A stretch of 62,166 nt of DNA, filler included. It is 3 parts of 3 records of this genome, joined end to end, with 100 filler letters (N's around TTAATTAATTAA, not from the genome) between each part and the next. Parts side by side here need not be neighbours in the genome. Positions count along the whole stretch, not along the records: positions 50,950 to 62,166 come from DRR723986_9881; 2 more parts are not named here. One strand, given 5' to 3'. How positions within the stretch are numbered: the stretch's first letter is position 1; each line of letters begins with the position of its first letter. Shown here piece by piece: positions 56,767 to 62,166 of the stretch. The notes under the pieces were generated by a model. It had not been told where the DNA came from. It saw only the letters and a program-made list of their open reading frames with translations, and ran no database searches. Position numbers and translations under genes: made by a program.

Positions 56767-58602
56767 ATGAGCGCATTCAGTGATGTCGAACTGCTACAGG
56801 ACTTCTTGACCGAGGCAGGCGACTTGTTGGAGGACGTAGACAGCAAGCTGGTCGAACTGGAGCAAAGTCCGGAAGATGCCGATTTGTTGGCCACTGTTTT
56901 CCGGGGTTTTCACACCATCAAGGGCGGAGCCGGTTTTCTGGAAGCAACGCACCTGGTGGAGTTGTGCCACAAAACAGAGAACCTGTTCGACCTGTTGCGT
57001 TCCAAGAAGCTGGTTCTGGATGCTGAAATGATGGACTCCATCATGGCTGCAACCGGGGAAGTGCATCGCATGTTTGGTGAAATGCGCAATGGTCATCAGC
57101 CGGGTGCAGCACCTGCGGAATTGCTGGAAGCACTCGACGCCGCCATCGAAGGACGAACCGTGGCTTCTGCCGCTGCGCCCGTGGTGCAAGCCGCCGCAGT
57201 ACCAGTGCCAAGCCAACCCAAAACAATGAATGAACTTGCGCAAATCTCGGAGGATGATCTGGATTGGGCTGGTTTGTATGAGGCTGTGGTGGGTGTACCA
57301 CCCCGAGAACTTGAACAGGCCGCGTTGAGCACGGACATGGCCACTGAAGCCATCTCTAAACAGGCAGCCGCAGCAGTTCGCCCCAAAGCGCCACCACCCA
57401 AAGCCAAAGCAGCGCAACCTGCAGCTGCTGCACAGAAGGAAAATACCATTCGCGTGGACACCGCGCGTTTTGATCAGATCCTGAACCTGAGCGGTGAAAT
57501 CGGTTTGACCAAGAACCGCCTGAACTGCCTTTTCCAGGCTTTTGCATCAGGTGCCAGCAATGAAGAATTGATCAAATCGCTCGACACTGTGGTGGGCCAG
57601 CTTGACATGTTGGTCTCTGACTTGCAGTCGGCCGTGATGAAGGCGCGCATGCAGCCAGTCGGACGTGTATTCCAGAAGTACAGCCGTCTGGCCCGTGATG
57701 TGTCACGCCAGTTGGGCAAAGATGTTGAGCTGGTGATTGAGGGTGCAGAAACCGAGGTGGACAAATCCATTCTCGAAGAATTGAACGACCCACTGATCCA
57801 CCTGGTGCGCAATGCGGTGGATCACGGTATTGAAACCATTGCAGATCGCACAGCTTGCGGCAAAAATCCCAAAGGTATTGTCAATCTTTCGGCTCGTCAG
57901 ACTGGTGATCACATCGTGATCGAAATTCAGGACGATGGCCGTGGCATGCGCCCTGAAATCATTCGTGAGAAAGCTGTTGAAAAAGGTTTGATTTCTGCCG
58001 AAGAGGCAGGGCAGTTGAGCGTGCAGGAAAGCCTGCAGCTGATCTTCCTGCCCGGTTTTTCAACCAAAGACCAAATTTCGGATATTTCGGGCCGTGGTGT
58101 GGGCATGGATGTGGTGAAAACCAATATTCAGCGTTTGAATGGTCGAATTGAAATTCAATCCGAGCCAGGTCATGGTTCTACCATTACGATTCTGTTGCCT
58201 CTGACCCTGGCGATTTTGCCCGTGCTGATGTTGAAGCTTGAAGAGCAAATTTATTCCCTGCCTTTGTCCTGTGTTCGGGAAATCATTCCGATCGAAGAAG
58301 ACAAGGTGCAGTATGTGGGTGGCAAGCCCACCATGGTAGTGCGTGGTGAGGTGATTCCATTGCTTGATCTGGCCACCTTGATTGGCCGTGAAAGTGCGCC
58401 GACTCCGAAGGTGGGTGTACTCACAATCAGCGGCAACAAGGCCTGTATTTTGGCGGTTGATTCGCTGGTGGGTCAGGATGAAGTGATGATCAAGCCGCTG
58501 GATGGCGTCAAGCCCAAAGGCGTGGCTGGCGCTACCTTGTCGGGCGAAGGTTTGCTGGTGTTGGTTCTTGAACTCCGTGAGTTGATTGAAGGCAAGCTTT
58601 AA
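56767..58602 (+). CDS. cheA: Chemotaxis histidine kinase CheA (no folded P2 domain evident)
   Basis: FHTIKG P1, IRVD, HLVRNAVDHGIE, DDGRG, GRGVGMDVV, C-terminal CheW-like P5. Confidence 0.96.
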   Translation: MSAFSDVELLQDFLTEAGDLLEDVDSKLVELEQSPEDADLLATVFRGFHTIKGGAGFLEATHLVELCHKTENLFDLLRSKKLVLDAEMMDSIMAATGEVHRMFGEMRNGHQPGAAPAELLEALDAAIEGRTVASAAAPVVQAAAVPVPSQPKTMNELAQISEDDLDWAGLYEAVVGVPPRELEQAALSTDMATEAISKQAAAAVRPKAPPPKAKAAQPAAAAQKENTIRVDTARFDQILNLSGEIGLTKNRLNCLFQAFASGASNEELIKSLDTVVGQLDMLVSDLQSAVMKARMQPVGRVFQKYSRLARDVSRQLGKDVELVIEGAETEVDKSILEELNDPLIHLVRNAVDHGIETIADRTACGKNPKGIVNLSARQTGDHIVIEIQDDGRGMRPEIIREKAVEKGLISAEEAGQLSVQESLQLIFLPGFSTKDQISDISGRGVGMDVVKTNIQRLNGRIEIQSEPGHGSTITILLPLTLAILPVLMLKLEEQIYSLPLSCVREIIPIEEDKVQYVGGKPTMVVRGEVIPLLDLATLIGRESAPTPKVGVLTISGNKACILAVDSLVGQDEVMIKPLDGVKPKGVAGATLSGEGLLVLVLELRELIEGKL

Positions 58603-58741
58603 GTAGAACTAAGGTGTTTTTCCGGGTTTTATAACCCGTATGGTTGACTCATTTTATTTCGATAATTGAATCATCGGCACAAGATGCCAATGACATTCAC
58701 AAACACCTCGCGTACCAAGCGAGGGGCAAGGAGTTGACCTC

Positions 58742-60487
58742 ATGAATTCTCTGTACCGTTCGATCGAGAAGAGCTTTTTCTACACACTCAGTCGAAAGCT
58801 GTTTGGCAACGTGGCCAGCATTGCATTCGTAGTTTTGATCGGATACCTGGTCATCTACAGCTGGGCCATGGGCAAGCTGACCCCCGAACAAATGGGCGAT
58901 TTTCGCCTCATCCTCAGTATTTCCCTTGGCTTTACCTTGGTTGCCTGCGCCGGTGCTTTTGCATACCTGCGTCATTTGATCGTACGGCCTGTGCACTTGC
59001 TGAGCGAGCGCATGGACCAATTGGCCAACGGTGAGGGTGATTTGTCAGTGAACCTGCCCACCGTGACAGAAGATGAACTGCGTGGTCTCGCGGAAAACTA
59101 CAACGCCTTTATGGTGCGCCTTCGTGACTTGATTCACGAGATTCGCCGAATGACTGCACAGGTCTCGATGGAATCGGTGCGTGTTTCCGGTAGTTTGAAA
59201 GACGCCAGCCGCACAGCGGACAAACAAGGCAATATCACGTCTGAAATTTTCCTGGCGGCGGACCAAGCATCAAGCGCCATGGAGAATGTGGCCAACAGCG
59301 CAAACTACTTGTCGCGAGCCACCGAAGAACATCTGGACACAGTGAACTCCTCGTACCGTGAATTGTTGACCGTGGCCGATGAAATGAATTCCGCCTCCGG
59401 AAGCTTGAACAGTTTTGGGCACACTGTTGAAAAGCTGGCAGAAACTGGCAAAGGCATTGAAAACATCGTCAAGCTGATCAACGACATTTCAGATCAAACC
59501 AATTTGTTGGCATTGAATGCTGCAATCGAAGCGGCACGCGCCGGTGAGCAGGGTCGCGGTTTTGCGGTGGTTGCAGACGAAGTGCGAGGTTTGGCCGAAC
59601 GCGTGAAGTCGGCCACTGGCGAAATTCGCGGCAATATTTCTTCCATGCTTCGTCTGGTTGGTGAGACTCAGCAGGAAACACGAGAGATCAATCAAAGCAT
59701 TTTGAAGGGACAGCAAACTGTCAGCACTTCCTCGGCCAAGTTCTCTGGCATGGTTCACAGCTTTGAGGAAATGAGCACGCAAATCAATGATGTGACTCAC
59801 CAAGTTCAATCGGTCAAACAGATCAATATGGATGTGTCTGGCAAAGCATCGGAAATACGCGAGACCGCGCAGTCAGTGATCAATCAAACCAGTGAGTCCG
59901 AAAAATCAAGCTCTGAGCTAGCCGCCGCCACAGATCGAATCAAAGAGCTGGTAGCCCGGTTCAAAATTGGCAAGGGTGCCTACGAGCAAATCATCGAGCA
60001 AGCCATATTGGCGCGCGAGCAGTGTAAAAACATTCTGATTCAGGCGCTGGACAATGGTCACGATATTTTCGATGAGGCCTACAAGCCAGTACCCAATTCG
60101 AACCCGCAGAAATACAGCACGCGTTACGACAAAGTGGTTGAACGCCAACTGCAGAATGCCTATGACCAATTGGTGGCCAATGTACCTGGCTCGGTATTTT
60201 CCCTGTGTGTGGATAGAAAAGGTTATGCCCCAACGCACAACAGCAAGTATTCACGCCCCTTGACTGGTGACCTGAAAAAAGATTTGGTGGAAAGCCGGGA
60301 CAAGCGCATGTTCAGCGACCCGGTTGGCCTGCGTGCAGCACAAAACCTGTCGCCCTGGTTGTTGCAAACTTATCGACGCGACACCGGTGAAGTGTTGAAC
60401 GATTTGTCGCTGCCCATTGAAATCAACGGACGCCATTGGGGTGGCCTCAGACTGGGCTTCAGCCCCGAGTTGTTAATCAAGGATTAA
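58742..60487 (+). CDS. Methyl-accepting chemotaxis protein with C-terminal extra domain
   Basis: Two closely spaced TM helices, [22 protein letters not shown], then about 170 aa with [20 protein letters not shown]. Confidence 0.9.
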   Translation: MNSLYRSIEKSFFYTLSRKLFGNVASIAFVVLIGYLVIYSWAMGKLTPEQMGDFRLILSISLGFTLVACAGAFAYLRHLIVRPVHLLSERMDQLANGEGDLSVNLPTVTEDELRGLAENYNAFMVRLRDLIHEIRRMTAQVSMESVRVSGSLKDASRTADKQGNITSEIFLAADQASSAMENVANSANYLSRATEEHLDTVNSSYRELLTVADEMNSASGSLNSFGHTVEKLAETGKGIENIVKLINDISDQTNLLALNAAIEAARAGEQGRGFAVVADEVRGLAERVKSATGEIRGNISSMLRLVGETQQETREINQSILKGQQTVSTSSAKFSGMVHSFEEMSTQINDVTHQVQSVKQINMDVSGKASEIRETAQSVINQTSESEKSSSELAAATDRIKELVARFKIGKGAYEQIIEQAILAREQCKNILIQALDNGHDIFDEAYKPVPNSNPQKYSTRYDKVVERQLQNAYDQLVANVPGSVFSLCVDRKGYAPTHNSKYSRPLTGDLKKDLVESRDKRMFSDPVGLRAAQNLSPWLLQTYRRDTGEVLNDLSLPIEINGRHWGGLRLGFSPELLIKD

Positions 60488-60534
60488 GTACTTGAAACTT
60501 CAAAAAACGGATAGGGGTCCGTTTCTCACCGCGC

Positions 60535-60888
60535 TCAGGCGCGGTTTTTTTTTGCCCAGTCATTCAAGAGCGTTTCGCATTGGTTCAATACAGCAATCAG
60601 TCTGGCAGTGCTGCTCTCGAAGTGCGCAATACTTTTCACACCGGATTGTCTGCAGGTAACCTCGAGTTCCTCGGCCAATTTTCGGCAGTCTTCAAAACCA
60701 ATCGCGGCACTTGCACCTTTCACATTGTGGGCTGCATCACCCAGCGCATTGAGATCCTGTTTGACGCAGGCAGATTGTAACTTTCCAATGTAGTTCGGAC
60801 ATTCTTTGACAAAGACGGAGATCAACATGGCCAGCAAACCTTTGTCGTTGTCGATTCGCTCCAGAGCTTCGGTGGGGTCGTAATGCAT
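60535..60888 (-). CDS. Stand-alone Hpt phosphotransfer protein
   Basis: AAHNVKGASAAIG Hpt motif; 117 aa, helical. Confidence 0.85.
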   Translation of the reverse strand: MHYDPTEALERIDNDKGLLAMLISVFVKECPNYIGKLQSACVKQDLNALGDAAHNVKGASAAIGFEDCRKLAEELEVTCRQSGVKSIAHFESSTARLIAVLNQCETLLNDWAKKNRA

Positions 60889-60997
60889 GGATTTGACTTT
60901 GAATACAGAAGAATCCCATGTTACCCGTTCAAATCAGGGTTTTGAATTGCGTGTATCCTTTTCATAATAAGAACATTCCAACACTGCAGGTGCTGCT

Positions 60998-62128
60998 TTG
61001 GCAGAAGAAACCGATCAGGAAAAAGACTTACCCGCGTCGGAACAGAAGATCCGTAAAGCGCGAGAAGAAGGCAACCTTCCCCGTTCCAGAGAGCTGGGCG
61101 GAGGCGTGGTGCTGCTCGCTGGTGTTGGCTTGCTTTACACCATGGGGGGCGAACTGGTCAGCCAAAGTGAAAAGCTGATGCGCCAGGGTTTGGTGCTAGA
61201 CCGCGCGCAGGCTTTTGACACCAAACACATGGGTTTGAAATGGGTGTCCATGCTGCAGGAAAGCCTGTTCATTCTCATTCCCCTTTTTCTTGTGGTGGTG
61301 GTGGCTGCGATTGTTTCCAACATTGCAGTGGGTGGTTTTAACTGGTCCACCAAACCGCTGGAGCCCAAGCTTTCAAAGCTGAATCCGATCAAGGGTTTGA
61401 AAAACATATTTTCAGTCAACGGCTTGGCCGAGCTTGTCAAAGCCATTTTGAAAACAGTGGTGTTGGGCGGCGTGGGCTATCTGCTGTTGATGCAGGATTT
61501 GGGTGAGTTCACTCAGTTGTCAGCCATGCCGCTTGAACATGGCATGGCCGAGACTGCGCGAATTACCATCAAGGACGCGCTTATTCTTGCGATTGCATTT
61601 CTGTTGATTGTGTCGATTGATGTGCCTTATCAGCTGTGGCGCTACTACAAAGGTTTGCGCATGAATCTGGAAGAACTCAAGCGAGAATCGAAAGAGTCGG
61701 AAGGCGACCCCCACCTGAAAGGCAAGATCAAAAGCATGCAGCGTGAAGCAGCACGCCGCCGCATGATGGCTTCGGTGCCCAATGCCGATGTGATTGTGAC
61801 CAACCCGACCCACTACTCCGTTGCCTTGAAATACGACAAGGATGGCAAAGGTGCCCCGCGTGTGGTGGCCAAAGGCATTGGCCCGCTGGCCTTGAAAATT
61901 CGGGAAGTGGCCAGGGACAACAAGGTTCCTTTGGTTGAGGCGCCTCCATTGGCTCGTGCCTTGTATTCCAATGTGGAGCTTGAACAGGAAATTCCAGGTG
62001 CTTTGTACACAGCAGTGGCCAAATTGCTGGCCTATGTTTATGCACTTGCGGAAGGCAAGGCCCACATGGTGGAAGTACCGGGAGAGGCGGATATTCCGAA
62101 AGGCATGGATCCGGGGTCGGCTGCCTGA
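60998..62128 (+). CDS. flhB: Flagellar export protein FlhB
   Basis: AREEG.LPRS.EL, KESEGDP, NPTH autocleavage site, PPLARALY; TTG start. Confidence 0.95.
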   Translation: MAEETDQEKDLPASEQKIRKAREEGNLPRSRELGGGVVLLAGVGLLYTMGGELVSQSEKLMRQGLVLDRAQAFDTKHMGLKWVSMLQESLFILIPLFLVVVVAAIVSNIAVGGFNWSTKPLEPKLSKLNPIKGLKNIFSVNGLAELVKAILKTVVLGGVGYLLLMQDLGEFTQLSAMPLEHGMAETARITIKDALILAIAFLLIVSIDVPYQLWRYYKGLRMNLEELKRESKESEGDPHLKGKIKSMQREAARRRMMASVPNADVIVTNPTHYSVALKYDKDGKGAPRVVAKGIGPLALKIREVARDNKVPLVEAPPLARALYSNVELEQEIPGALYTAVAKLLAYVYALAEGKAHMVEVPGEADIPKGMDPGSAA

Positions 62129-62166
62129 GGACCACCGCTGCTGTTTATTGCTCAACTCGGCGTGGG

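Noticed and set aside
58639-58665. Possible sigma-28 promoter before the MCP (TATGGTTG-N11-TTCGATAA)
   Set aside because: The -35 match is too poor to call.
1-62166. CRISPR arrays, tRNA/rRNA, IS elements, prophage or defence genes
   Set aside because: No regularly spaced repeats, cloverleaf or rRNA signatures, or mobile/defence protein motifs were recognised by eye.

Overview
The window is a concatenation of three unrelated contigs joined by artificial 100-nt linkers (N44-TTAATTAATTAA-N44 at 28671-28770 and 50850-50949), so gene neighbourhoods must not be read across those joins. Contig 1 (1-28670) and contig 2 (28771-50849) look alphaproteobacterial (Roseibium/Labrenzia-like, an inference from gene content). 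Contig 3 (50950-62166) carries flhDC and looks betaproteobacterial. Contig 1 holds (i) an RpiR-regulated catabolic cluster (D-serine dehydratase-like PLP enzyme, two MlrC/M81 metallohydrolases, NTF2-like protein, RidA, SDR, cytoplasmic GH20) that I interpret as a candidate variant oxidative N-acetylhexosamine pathway; (ii) a candidate structured sRNA; (iii) an RpoE/ChrR regulon block (ufaD/ufaO/ufaM-like furan fatty acid genes and an orphan chrR) with clear TGATCC-N15-(G/T)CGTA promoters; and (iv) cysK, cls, LysE, AraC, AlaX, GFA, sseA, a globin-coupled chemoreceptor, an HD/TetR pair and aapP/aapM. Contig 2 holds a LacI-regulated sugar ABC system, a PstS-like binding protein paired with a GGDEF-EAL sensor, a cytochrome b/EB_dh fusion with a ferredoxin-NAD(P) reductase, a complete circularly permuted V/A-type ATPase operon (B-D-I-K-E-C-A) with a Na+-type K subunit, an iodotyrosine-deiodinase-like flavoprotein and a RutR-box-preceded binding protein. 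Contig 3 holds flhDC-motAB-cheV-cheY-cheZ-cheA, an MCP, an orphan Hpt and flhB. No rRNA, tRNA, CRISPR array or transposase was recognised. The best candidates for undescribed biology are the permuted Na+ V/A-ATPase, the GH20/MlrC/PLP amino-sugar pathway and the cytochrome b-EB_dh/reductase trans-membrane electron conduit. All family assignments come from motif recognition by eye, not from database searches.
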